This document shows, one piece after another, positions 20,201 to 28,919 of a DNA stretch of 64,000 nucleotides. The translations under genes and the position numbers were made by a program. The stretch covers positions 1 through 64,000 of the IMG/VR virus record IMGVR_UViG_3300006735_000025; one strand, 5' to 3'. Under the pieces are notes generated by a model. The model worked only from the letters and a program-made list of their open reading frames with translations, was not told the DNA's origin and did no database searches. This DNA comes from a virus. Position 1 is the stretch's first letter; each line of letters begins with the position of its first letter.

Positions 20201-20736
20201 TTATCTAATAGTATTTCACCATCTTTTGTGAATTCTATATTAAATGGGTTGGATAGTTTGTATTTTGAGATTGTTAATGTTGTTCTATCGTAAATAACAT
20301 CATAAGATATATTATCTACAGTATTACCTGTGTTTTGGTATACTCTATTTATACCATCAAAGTATAAAGCTGCTGGAAAAAAATTAATAATTTGTTGAGC
20401 TGCTACTCGTAATCTATCTTTTAAGGAACCATAAAGAACAAATTTACTTATATCACTAGTGTCATAGTTAAAACTAACTAATAAACTGTTGTTTAAACTA
20501 CTCTTAGTCAAGTCAACATCACCAGCACTTAATTGTTCTAGTGTTATAGGCCCAGAAAAACCACCTAAATTAAAATCTCTATTTTTTTTAGATTCTGAAC
20601 TATCAGATACAGAAAAACTACCCAATGTCATTTGCGGTGAACCTTCAGTAAATTGTAAACCTACTAAATTATCACTAAAAGTGCCAGCTCCATTACCTGG
20701 TGCTGGTGGATAAAAGAATTTCTTTTTGTTTGCCAT
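17272..20736 (-). CDS. Baseplate wedge-type protein (P2 gpI / T4 gp7-like core) with a GCTD module
   Basis: LLKNLAKMLGW...YLFKSKGTRKAIEFLLKFIG is the typical KGT motif of gpI/gp7-like wedge proteins. GCTDPSANNFNSLATANDGSCTY lies near the C-terminus. Confidence 0.65.
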   Translation of the reverse strand: MANKKKFFYPPAPGNGAGTFSDNLVGLQFTEGSPQMTLGSFSVSDSSESKKNRDFNLGGFSGPITLEQLSAGDVDLTKSSLNNSLLVSFNYDTSDISKFVLYGSLKDRLRVAAQQIINFFPAALYFDGINRVYQNTGNTVDNISYDVIYDRTTLTISKYKLSNPFNIEFTKDGEILLDNSLEVDYLISDPTTDKITTTSVKAEKGKISPLRNFSLEYKKYCLSFSGSGTTQYPVIDYTPIEEGTTGLTIVISGAPFGPTATTSTTNFYIKPNNFETQNQFNDFESVEKFLLNQQSVPQYKAELVLPRQTEDGRNYNQIEELIWEKQDLWNIDITTEKYTNYLKKLVDIGDEIDGYKTNLVSRFLTTGALKDFDTGGRKVEKTLQIYGRSFDEVKKFIDGIAYMNNVTYEGKNNVPNQLLKNLAKMLGWKTPSTTTKEQFLDTVLDRYEPQYSGESIGVTPAELDVEIYRRILMNTSYLFKSKGTRKAIEFLLKFIGAPEALIEFNEYVVLADRRIKMGNKIKDPRCNTLIALLNASTNTKKPGGHPGQTQTHHKNLTSVISLDEETNETSITPKWVSKKGVDIIELQNAIEVLGCYDVGDGFLSDYQPISGGLATTKSYVLNPLNFDTIMSSQTESHGFIREDYPIDEYGFPTQPRETSNYYFQRGAGWFEETEEHHGETILDLENSVLSGCSPSIKTKLNQFSWGGFFGNLPPGVTSNDPGAPYLERFRRFPYMHMGWGLTPVVDDKKSWTTTDEFTHIDRDYTFGNNRYAGYHTHHERFILNVKNVDIFLNVGQGLVYDVWKQSALSGCPFSGGPLPLPFPQKGGVDDTVTLLNGKDYSFKDFIHNFWNTFINVRNRQTIDDGKTGGYPLLQILYLDYLKQVCGENNQYTYTKMIDYAQSLGTYWIRIIEQLVPATTLWQGGVKIENSLFHRDKFSYKHYPVFPLPGFNNPIKTGYVPGCTDPSANNFNSLATANDGSCTYDGGGATGTPGEPGRESFPWVGLTSPNTGSTCSSGCQNTGSTENKIDGTDINGDTITDIPTKSCSCCGLPENTSVLQMRPLSATCKSVWASFRDYNGTSANTSNQGVNNSINLITETFASNDSTINGAYNILSTMNNNIMFRVKRALPLSKNKKEPWGYKFDLGKQKYQDSL

Positions 20737-20738
20737 TA

Positions 20739-21680
20739 TTAACTAACTATTGTACCAAATTGTTTACTGAAATCTATCTGGTTACCCCTATCCTGTCTAA
20801 CTTCAAATAATTTTTCATCAAACTGGTCTCTAATTTCAAATAAATTGTATTGTTTATAAATGTTATTAACTCCTGATAAATCATACATCGTATAAATTCC
20901 ATCTTCTATAGATTTAGTTTGATTACCGTATAAACCTATAGCTAACGTATCGAAGTCATGGTCAGCCATTTCTACTTCTAACACAACCGGATTAAAGTAT
21001 GTGTTTGTTATTATAATTTTTTGTCCTGCTTTTCCAATATCTGGTAATGCATTTGGTTGATTAGTAGGTGCACTACTAGGTGATAATGTTAAAAATACCA
21101 AATTAGAAGGTGAATCAGTATAAGCGTATCTTGGTGATACTTTATTTGGATTTGCCGCTGTATTCATTAATTTTTCACAATAAAAACTAGATGTTACAAT
21201 CCTAAAAAAGTTAGGAATTTTGGTACCCGCTAAATTAGATTGTATATTATCGGAATTCATATATTCTACTCTGTAACCTACTAGACCCATATTTACAAAT
21301 CTATTTTTAAACTGTGAAGGTACTTTAGTTAAATCAATAACCAAACCTTTTACGTTTGGTAATGCTGCTAATATACCACAATCTAAAATTTCTGTTCTTA
21401 TTTCTACTGGTCTTATATATACCGTGTAAAAACCTTTACTGTTAAACACATTAGATGGTAGTGTTAGTTGGTATAGACCACCTAAAATTGTTGTTCCAGC
21501 GACAGCTCCATTTGTCGCTGTTGTATTATTGTGTACATGGTATGTTAAAACCGAGGTTGGTAGGGTACCTAATGTAAAACTACTATTAGCGTCTCTTGTA
21601 GCTTGGTAGTGATATAATATCTCCACATCGTTAGGTGATACGTCTGCTGGTCTTTTAATTCCATAATTTCCTAATGCCAT
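20739..21680 (-). CDS. Putative virion structural protein (313 aa)
   Basis: Long ORF with balanced composition in the baseplate cluster; no catalytic motif seen. Confidence 0.5.
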   Translation of the reverse strand: MALGNYGIKRPADVSPNDVEILYHYQATRDANSSFTLGTLPTSVLTYHVHNNTTATNGAVAGTTILGGLYQLTLPSNVFNSKGFYTVYIRPVEIRTEILDCGILAALPNVKGLVIDLTKVPSQFKNRFVNMGLVGYRVEYMNSDNIQSNLAGTKIPNFFRIVTSSFYCEKLMNTAANPNKVSPRYAYTDSPSNLVFLTLSPSSAPTNQPNALPDIGKAGQKIIITNTYFNPVVLEVEMADHDFDTLAIGLYGNQTKSIEDGIYTMYDLSGVNNIYKQYNLFEIRDQFDEKLFEVRQDRGNQIDFSKQFGTIVS

Positions 21681-21684
21681 ATTT

Positions 21685-24600
21685 CTATTCTTGTATTAAA
21701 ATGTTATAATATCCGTAACCGTGAAGTTCTAATTCTCCGATTGTTGATACTTGTGCTAATCTTTGAGGTCTTTCAAAAACAGAAACTTTTCCTCTTTCAA
21801 TAAATACATCTGAGTATGTTTCTGGTTTCTGAACTACGTTCATCATAAACTCTTCTTTTGTTAATCTTGGTAAACACCCAAATCTTGGTTCTGGTGGGTA
21901 TATACACGGAGGACAATGAACTGTCGCGTTTGGGTTGTAGTTCAATGCTGTAGGGTCCATACAACCACAAGGTTCGTCTGGCGTACAACCATCTTTTTGT
22001 GATGCTCCTAATATTTCATTATGTGGTGGAACAGCTGTAGCATCTACTGGTAATGTTGTTACTATACCAACAGAATTATTTACTGTTAGGGTTGAGTTAT
22101 CAAATTCATAAATTTCCCCACCAGTTAGATTTTGTTGGATTCCGTACCATTGTGGGTTTCCAGCTACTGTCCATCTAAATAAACCAAAGAACCCAGATAT
22201 TCCGGTATCATTAGAAATTAATTCGTACCAATTAGTTGGGTTACCTAGACTGTCTCCCATTTGTGCACCTACACCAGCATTTAAACTAAATTTACCAATT
22301 AATTTACCAGTAACATCTGGTGCGTGAAAATAAGTTATAGTTAAATCGCCAGTATTAGTATCTATAACCACATCACCAGTAGATTCAGCTTGAGACGTTG
22401 CAAACCCTGGATTAACACCCGGAAAGGTTGGACTAGGTAACTTAAATAGTTCTTGAGCTACACCTACTGGACCACTAATATCTATTTCTAAAACTACATC
22501 ACTAACAGATATTAAAGTGGTTACATCTTTAGCAACCAAAGCATTACCTATCGTTTTAAAAATATTACCAGCTAAATCAATCGTTGGGATACCATGGGTT
22601 TGACAAATATCTGTGATATCTATGTCCCTATTGTACGTTGGGTTTATAGCTCCAGCTGGTTGATTTGGTATTGGGGACCCAACATTAAATGGGTTTATTG
22701 TAATATCATATTCTCTAATAATACCTTTTGGTAATCCACTGTTTGGACCCACTGTTTCCAACTGTACTTGACCATAATTAGCCGATAAAGGGTCTATATC
22801 TAGAGCTCTACAAGTGTATAACCATATTTTGTTTTGTTCTGGTACTGTACCTGGAACCAAAGCGTTAGCTATATCCCAAGAACCAGTACCACTCTGCCAC
22901 CCTAAACTGTAACCAGCCCCACCAAATGGTGATAAACTATCTCCGTTGGGTAATGTATTTTCATTAAATTGGTCGTCATGAAATAAGAAAGTTAAGTTAT
23001 TAGGTGCTGTATCTGGTGGTCCATAAAAATAAACATTACCTTGTCTATCGTTTACGAATACAGCACATTCTTCTAACTCTGCTTGTGTACAAATAGTGTT
23101 ACAATCAGCTAGTGCGTTGGCACAAGGATAACCAGTACCTGGACCACAAGGGCCAAAAACGTTAGGGTCACTAGTTGGGAAATAGGGTTGTACTAGTGGT
23201 GACGCGTATAAGTCTATACAACAATCAACCCCAGGTGTACAACCTGGATTATTACTTAAATTACAATACCACCCACCATCACAAGTACAGTAGTTCTCAT
23301 AAGGCATCCCTTGTTCTTCAGCGAGTGGGTCGTAAGAACAAGAAATACAGTCAATACCTGGTGTACAACCTGGTGGAAAATTACTATTAAAAGAAATACC
23401 ACTACCAGCTTGTGGACACAAATGTAAACCATTAGGACATTGTGCTGTTGGTGTTGGGTCTACAAGTATTGTGGTACCATCAACACAACACCCATCGTCC
23501 ATACACCCAACGACTGGAGCGTCTATACAGTTATCTGGAACACAAGGACCAGTTAATTGAGCTGGAGTATATATAAGAGTTGGGTCATGACAAGACTCTC
23601 CATAGTTTAACGCTGTTGGGTCATCACAACCAAAATATTCACAACATTGTGTACCATCTAAAGTTGGGTAAATACAACCGTTAGCTCCTGGAGTATGATT
23701 ACTAGCTGTTGGGTCGGTACATCCAACATAAAAACAATCATTATTTGGTGATGGTGGGATTTCATTAGTAAAACAACTACTAACAGCTGGATTTACTAAT
23801 ATACCACCAGTAGCTGGTATAACTGTATTACCAAAACAATCTAAAGTATTGTTTGCAACGCAACCAATAGGTCCTGGGTCACCGTTTGGTAATGGTGTAC
23901 TAATGTCACAGGGAACCGTTATTGAATCATTACATCCGGGATATTGACAACAACTAGTATCTGTAGGTCCACCAGAAACCCAAGAACCATTACTCCAAGT
24001 ACCACAACCATCATTGTTTGTTGGGTCATAATTAAGTGCTGAGGAATCTGGACATCCTGGATAAATACAACAACCACTATCTAGATTTGGGTTTTGTCCG
24101 TAAACTGTAGGTATGTGTATGTTATTACAATCATAATATTGATTTATAGCATTTGGGTCTAAACAACCATAAAGATTTTCAACACAAGTTTCACAATCTG
24201 TTTCAACTATATTAGTTGGTGTTCCGGCTATTGCCATCCACATAAGTTCGTCATGTTCTATTACATAACCAGCAGCTCTATTATTTATAGTACCATCCAT
24301 AAATTGACTTGGGCATGCTATTGTTGTGTTATCCCAATCATTTTGATTATCTACAATTTTTAAAATTTCCACACAACAATCCAATTGACCATTACCCGTA
24401 GTATTACTAACGATTAACCATTGTGCTCCTGGACCTGTTTGAGTAAAATCTATATTAGGCATTGCGGTGTAAAATTCACCTAAAGCACACTCACATGGTT
24501 GAGTACCGGTATTAGGTATAACACTATCCGTACCAAACCCACAAGTATTAAAACCATTAGACGTAGCGGTTGGACCGGGACATCCATTCCAATTAGGGTT

Positions 24601-24876
24601 TACCGTACCATCATTTAAAAATTCATGAGGATAATCCCAAAACATTTGACCTAACATGCCAAAACAAGCGTGAGGTAAATAATAAGCTCCTGGAAAAAAA
24701 TGGTTAGCTACATCACCTTCTGCTGGACAACAATTACCCAAACCACATATAAGAGGGTCGTTAACTTGATTATAACCATACACAACCCTACCCACCATAC
24801 CAACAAATTGTCCTGTTGGGTTTCCTGAGGCGTCTTGTTTTTCAAATTTTACTAATTCCCAAGTTGCTACTGACAT
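21685..24876 (-). CDS. Cys/Pro/Gly-rich repeat protein (GCxD repeats), putative adhesin or fibre
   Basis: At least seven GC-x-D units (GCLDPNAIN, GCPDSSALNY, GCNDS, GCTDPTASN, GCDDPTALNY, GCMDDG, GCMDPTALNY), a beta-rich middle, and a non-repetitive C-terminus (SDVFIERGK...GYGYY). Confidence 0.6.
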   Translation of the reverse strand: MSVATWELVKFEKQDASGNPTGQFVGMVGRVVYGYNQVNDPLICGLGNCCPAEGDVANHFFPGAYYLPHACFGMLGQMFWDYPHEFLNDGTVNPNWNGCPGPTATSNGFNTCGFGTDSVIPNTGTQPCECALGEFYTAMPNIDFTQTGPGAQWLIVSNTTGNGQLDCCVEILKIVDNQNDWDNTTIACPSQFMDGTINNRAAGYVIEHDELMWMAIAGTPTNIVETDCETCVENLYGCLDPNAINQYYDCNNIHIPTVYGQNPNLDSGCCIYPGCPDSSALNYDPTNNDGCGTWSNGSWVSGGPTDTSCCQYPGCNDSITVPCDISTPLPNGDPGPIGCVANNTLDCFGNTVIPATGGILVNPAVSSCFTNEIPPSPNNDCFYVGCTDPTASNHTPGANGCIYPTLDGTQCCEYFGCDDPTALNYGESCHDPTLIYTPAQLTGPCVPDNCIDAPVVGCMDDGCCVDGTTILVDPTPTAQCPNGLHLCPQAGSGISFNSNFPPGCTPGIDCISCSYDPLAEEQGMPYENYCTCDGGWYCNLSNNPGCTPGVDCCIDLYASPLVQPYFPTSDPNVFGPCGPGTGYPCANALADCNTICTQAELEECAVFVNDRQGNVYFYGPPDTAPNNLTFLFHDDQFNENTLPNGDSLSPFGGAGYSLGWQSGTGSWDIANALVPGTVPEQNKIWLYTCRALDIDPLSANYGQVQLETVGPNSGLPKGIIREYDITINPFNVGSPIPNQPAGAINPTYNRDIDITDICQTHGIPTIDLAGNIFKTIGNALVAKDVTTLISVSDVVLEIDISGPVGVAQELFKLPSPTFPGVNPGFATSQAESTGDVVIDTNTGDLTITYFHAPDVTGKLIGKFSLNAGVGAQMGDSLGNPTNWYELISNDTGISGFFGLFRWTVAGNPQWYGIQQNLTGGEIYEFDNSTLTVNNSVGIVTTLPVDATAVPPHNEILGASQKDGCTPDEPCGCMDPTALNYNPNATVHCPPCIYPPEPRFGCLPRLTKEEFMMNVVQKPETYSDVFIERGKVSVFERPQRLAQVSTIGELELHGYGYYNILIQE

Positions 24877-24888
24877 ATATTTTTTATT

Positions 24889-27800
24889 TTATCCATCGCA
24901 TGGTTCCCAACAAGTTTGTGACATATATCTAGATTGTCCAGCTACTGTTGGTACTGACATGTTTATTATTGGTGGATTATCACAACTAGGTGCACTTAAA
25001 TCAGTACAAGGGTGATAAGTTCCACTTCCATAAGCTGAAGATTCACATACAGCTATTACAGTTGGGTCACCACAATCATAAGTTGTTGGTGGTACACCTA
25101 CTGTTATTACACCCATAGTAGGGTCACATATTGGGTATGGTTTATACCAATACTTAAATAGTGAATCGTTTTGTGAATTAGTATATAGGGTTCCAATTAC
25201 TACATCAAAAGCGTTGTAACTATCCGAAGAACTATATTGTCTAAAAGGCCATTCAGTAAACCCTTCATTAACTAATGAATTACAAGGTCCACAACCACCA
25301 CCACAAAGAGCACTAAGATTTCCATTACATTGACCTTGACTTACATTTTGACAACCTTGTATAGGCATATCATTTGCAAAGTTCCAATCAATACATGAAC
25401 CTGGATATGGTGTACCATTTGCTACGTGATTAGGGTTAATACATGTTGTATCACTTTGTAAAACTTGTGTACAATTACCACCCATACAAACATACGTGTC
25501 TGGTTCAAAACAATTATCATTACAGCCAGGTATATTTATTAGTCCACCACCATCCCAATATTCTAAACCTCCACTTGGTAGTGTAGTGTCAGAACAAAAA
25601 TCACCAATACTACCACTAGTCACAGAGTTTGGTCCGGAACAATTTCCATTACCATCACAATCCCAAGTCACACAATTATCTTCACAGTCCGATGCTGTAG
25701 CAAAACCACCAGCTGGCCCGTTATTTATACCAACACAAGCTTGACCACCAAACTGTCCAGTACCTAAATCAACAATACTTTCACTAGTTACAGTAAGTCC
25801 TAAAGTACAACGACAATACCACTCTAAAACACTAGAACCACAACCATTTAACTCACAAGTTGTTTTATCAACATAAGGACCTTGTAAAGGTATTACAGCA
25901 TTAACTGGTGGTGAACTACCCTGTACAACAGCTTCACAACCTTGACCTGATGGGTTTGTTGGTGTTATACCCACATCGGAACAATACCACTCATATACTG
26001 TTACGTTTACCGTACAATTAACTTGACATGATGCCAGGTCTGGATATATACCTGCTGGTGTTGCTTGACATTGTGCTCCACCCGAACCATCTGGTACACA
26101 ATTATATCTAGTTGTAACATTTGCACAAATCCCAGCTTGTACATCAGCATTACAATCTGCTAGTGCACTTACACCCACATAATCAGCTGTAGCCCAACCT
26201 AGTGATGATGGGGAAACTGGAGTACAAACACCATTATTACAATTATAATGAATTGGGTCTGATGTGGTTGGTAGACAAGGGTCGGTTACACAAGCCGTAA
26301 GTGCGTCAGCTGTGGTAGCTCCTTGGAATGGTGCTGTAGGATAATAAGTACTTGTTGGTGATATCAGTACACATGTACCATCTATACAATCATACCTACT
26401 AGGTAACTGATTAGATAGTGGACATGACCCATAACACAACCTCCAAAATGGAGATGTTAAATCTAATGGGTCTGGAGTTGTACCCATAGGTACACTACTA
26501 ATAGCAAAATAACAACAACCATCATGAAAAACAAAATCTGTTGGTTCATATTCCTCATCTACATCCCAAACTCCTCTATCGTTAAAAACATCTTGTTGTG
26601 TCCAATTTCCCCCATCATTATATACTTGAACGGCATTACAAACATCACAAGCACCTTGTATTGAATACCCACACTCCCTTAAAAGATAATCCTCTGGGTT
26701 CATACCATATGACAACGTATCAAAAATTGTTTCACCATTTATATAATCAAACATTGTAAAAGTTTGAGTCCCATTTGTTATAGTATAAGCTGTGTATTGT
26801 GAGGTAAAACTATCAACCCAACCTTCCATACTATCAACATATGTTCCGTCTGGTAATTGTGTTTGACCGTTAACACTAATAACATTACCAACTACATACC
26901 CTGGAGGTAGTCCTGGTGTTGATGCTGGGTTATAGGATTGTAAAGAAGATAACATACTATCAGTAAATCCTTGTACTGGGTACGGTGTTACTGTGTAATT
27001 AGAAGTAACATACCCATTTATTTCTAAACCACTATCTAATGGTCCCCAATCAGAAGTTTCATAATCCATACTAACTGGAGTACTAAAACCAGGTGGTGTA
27101 AAAGTATATGTTTGTCCTGTATTTGTAACAGCTGCCCATATATTAGCTCCTGTTTGAAATGGAACCGATATAGAATGTGATGTAGATGTTACACCCCAAG
27201 GTGCTGTCATTTGTACATTAACAATATAAGTACCTGGGTTAGTATAAGTATTAAAAGCTGTATCCATCGGAGCTGTTAAAGTTTGGATTGGACTTACCCC
27301 ATCACCCCAATCAATAGTATATTCTATATTTTCTAAAAATTTAAAAAATTTAAAATCCGTAGTGTTTAATAAACTTACTGTCATTGGGTTTAACAAATCT
27401 CCCGTTACCACAAAATTAGAAAAAGTATCCTGTTGGTCCATATTACCATCCCACATTGTATAATGACCTATATCGTTAATATCTTGTTCTAAAAATATTG
27501 TTAGTTTATTTGATGTTGAGGGTTTTTCAGTTCTATTACAACACTTTTCACACCAAGTACGTGACATAGATTGGTCAGCGACAGTATTAAATCTAAAAGT
27601 TCGACTAGGAAATCTTTGTTGGAAGGAATTCCCCGTACCTCTACATCGTATACAGTACCTAGTTTGTTCTTCAACACTTAATGCGTAAAATTCTGAACAT
27701 GGGTCTTCTATTAAACCACAACAACTTTCATTTTGATTAGGACAACAAGGATTTACCAAACCATTATAACAATCTAAACAAGCATTCATTACAACCATAG

Positions 27801-27945
27801 AATCACCCAAGGCTTCACAAGGTGTACAATCTAATGGTGGTGGCGTTACACCTCTAGTGGGTGTAATGAGTTTTTTATCCTCACACCCTTTTGTTTCAGA
27901 ACCTGGTATATTACCAGTCCATATTCTATATTTGTATATTTCCAT
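24889..27945 (-). CDS. Cys-rich putative receptor-binding protein with PKD-like and CBM5/12-like modules
   Basis: PKD-like IDWGDG...TYTNPGTYIV; CBM-like WDVDEEYEPTDFVFHDGCCYFA...P...W; about seven [WY]-x-C...C-x3-C repeats. Confidence 0.6.
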   Translation of the reverse strand: MEIYKYRIWTGNIPGSETKGCEDKKLITPTRGVTPPPLDCTPCEALGDSMVVMNACLDCYNGLVNPCCPNQNESCCGLIEDPCSEFYALSVEEQTRYCIRCRGTGNSFQQRFPSRTFRFNTVADQSMSRTWCEKCCNRTEKPSTSNKLTIFLEQDINDIGHYTMWDGNMDQQDTFSNFVVTGDLLNPMTVSLLNTTDFKFFKFLENIEYTIDWGDGVSPIQTLTAPMDTAFNTYTNPGTYIVNVQMTAPWGVTSTSHSISVPFQTGANIWAAVTNTGQTYTFTPPGFSTPVSMDYETSDWGPLDSGLEINGYVTSNYTVTPYPVQGFTDSMLSSLQSYNPASTPGLPPGYVVGNVISVNGQTQLPDGTYVDSMEGWVDSFTSQYTAYTITNGTQTFTMFDYINGETIFDTLSYGMNPEDYLLRECGYSIQGACDVCNAVQVYNDGGNWTQQDVFNDRGVWDVDEEYEPTDFVFHDGCCYFAISSVPMGTTPDPLDLTSPFWRLCYGSCPLSNQLPSRYDCIDGTCVLISPTSTYYPTAPFQGATTADALTACVTDPCLPTTSDPIHYNCNNGVCTPVSPSSLGWATADYVGVSALADCNADVQAGICANVTTRYNCVPDGSGGAQCQATPAGIYPDLASCQVNCTVNVTVYEWYCSDVGITPTNPSGQGCEAVVQGSSPPVNAVIPLQGPYVDKTTCELNGCGSSVLEWYCRCTLGLTVTSESIVDLGTGQFGGQACVGINNGPAGGFATASDCEDNCVTWDCDGNGNCSGPNSVTSGSIGDFCSDTTLPSGGLEYWDGGGLINIPGCNDNCFEPDTYVCMGGNCTQVLQSDTTCINPNHVANGTPYPGSCIDWNFANDMPIQGCQNVSQGQCNGNLSALCGGGCGPCNSLVNEGFTEWPFRQYSSSDSYNAFDVVIGTLYTNSQNDSLFKYWYKPYPICDPTMGVITVGVPPTTYDCGDPTVIAVCESSAYGSGTYHPCTDLSAPSCDNPPIINMSVPTVAGQSRYMSQTCWEPCDG

Positions 27946-28919
27946 TATGGGTTTATATATTCATAAAAACTTATTGCTTGACCTCCCGGTCCAGCACCGA
28001 CTTGTGGGCCTATACCGTTATTAGCAGAATATAGTGTGGTATCAAATTCGTTAAATACGTATGTAAAATCTATTGGGTCAAATATTAACTGGTAATAAAA
28101 ATAATCTGGAGCACTTAAATCATAAGTGTTAGCTGGTTGTATTTTATTAATAAATTTATGCACTTTACCTGTTTCAGCGTTAAAAAACTTACATGTCATG
28201 TAAAAAACATTATATTTTACTAAATCTCTATCTTTTAACCATTGTATAAAATAATTTTCAGTTCTTCTACCTACAGCAGCAAATTCAAATAAAGAACCTT
28301 CTAATTTTTCATAATAATAAGGACCTAATCCTAAACCACCTGTAGTTAAATCCTCTATTTGAGCTTCCCTAAAAGCATTAGGGTCGTAATTTGGATTTAC
28401 ATCTCCGTTTGGTAGTGTAGGTGAATTGTCTATCTCCGCTAAACAACCTAAGTTTTGTGGTGGACCTGGACATGGAAAATCAGCAAAATTCATACCATTA
28501 TTAGCTGGATTAACAATTGAAAAGTATAATCTTTGTTGTTGTGGGTTTGGTGTATCATAAAAATCAAATTTAAAAAAACTTCTAGTGTAGTTTGATTTCC
28601 TTCTATTAACGTCCATATGTGATATGCCCACAGCAGCATAATCTGGAACATAATCAGCAAAACTACCTGTTGGTATGTTATTAGGTGTTATTTGGAATCC
28701 CATTTGGTAATATATCCTATTATTTGGGTCATCGGTTATTGGTCTATATCTTGTGGTTTCAAAATCTTGTATTATATTAATATTATCTTGCATTTCTGAC
28801 CTTTCATATAGAGAAACTAATTGTTCTCTACCTAAAGATTCATCAAAATCATTAGAAATAGGTATTGTTATTTTTTTATCCCTATCTTTTTGTAATATTT
28901 TAATTCTATTCACAGTCAT
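27945..28919 (-). CDS. Putative baseplate/structural protein (324 aa)
   Basis: Overlaps both neighbours in the structural operon; aromatic-rich (SFFKFDFYDT). Confidence 0.5.
   Translation of the reverse strand: MTVNRIKILQKDRDKKITIPISNDFDESLGREQLVSLYERSEMQDNINIIQDFETTRYRPITDDPNNRIYYQMGFQITPNNIPTGSFADYVPDYAAVGISHMDVNRRKSNYTRSFFKFDFYDTPNPQQQRLYFSIVNPANNGMNFADFPCPGPPQNLGCLAEIDNSPTLPNGDVNPNYDPNAFREAQIEDLTTGGLGLGPYYYEKLEGSLFEFAAVGRRTENYFIQWLKDRDLVKYNVFYMTCKFFNAETGKVHKFINKIQPANTYDLSAPDYFYYQLIFDPIDFTYVFNEFDTTLYSANNGIGPQVGAGPGGQAISFYEYINP

Noticed and set aside
21685-27945. Diversity-generating retroelement target or CRISPR-like array in the repeat-rich genes
   Set aside because: The repeats are protein-level and diverge at synonymous sites of all bases. 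I saw no adenine-specific template/variable pair, no reverse transcriptase, and no regularly spaced identical DNA repeats.
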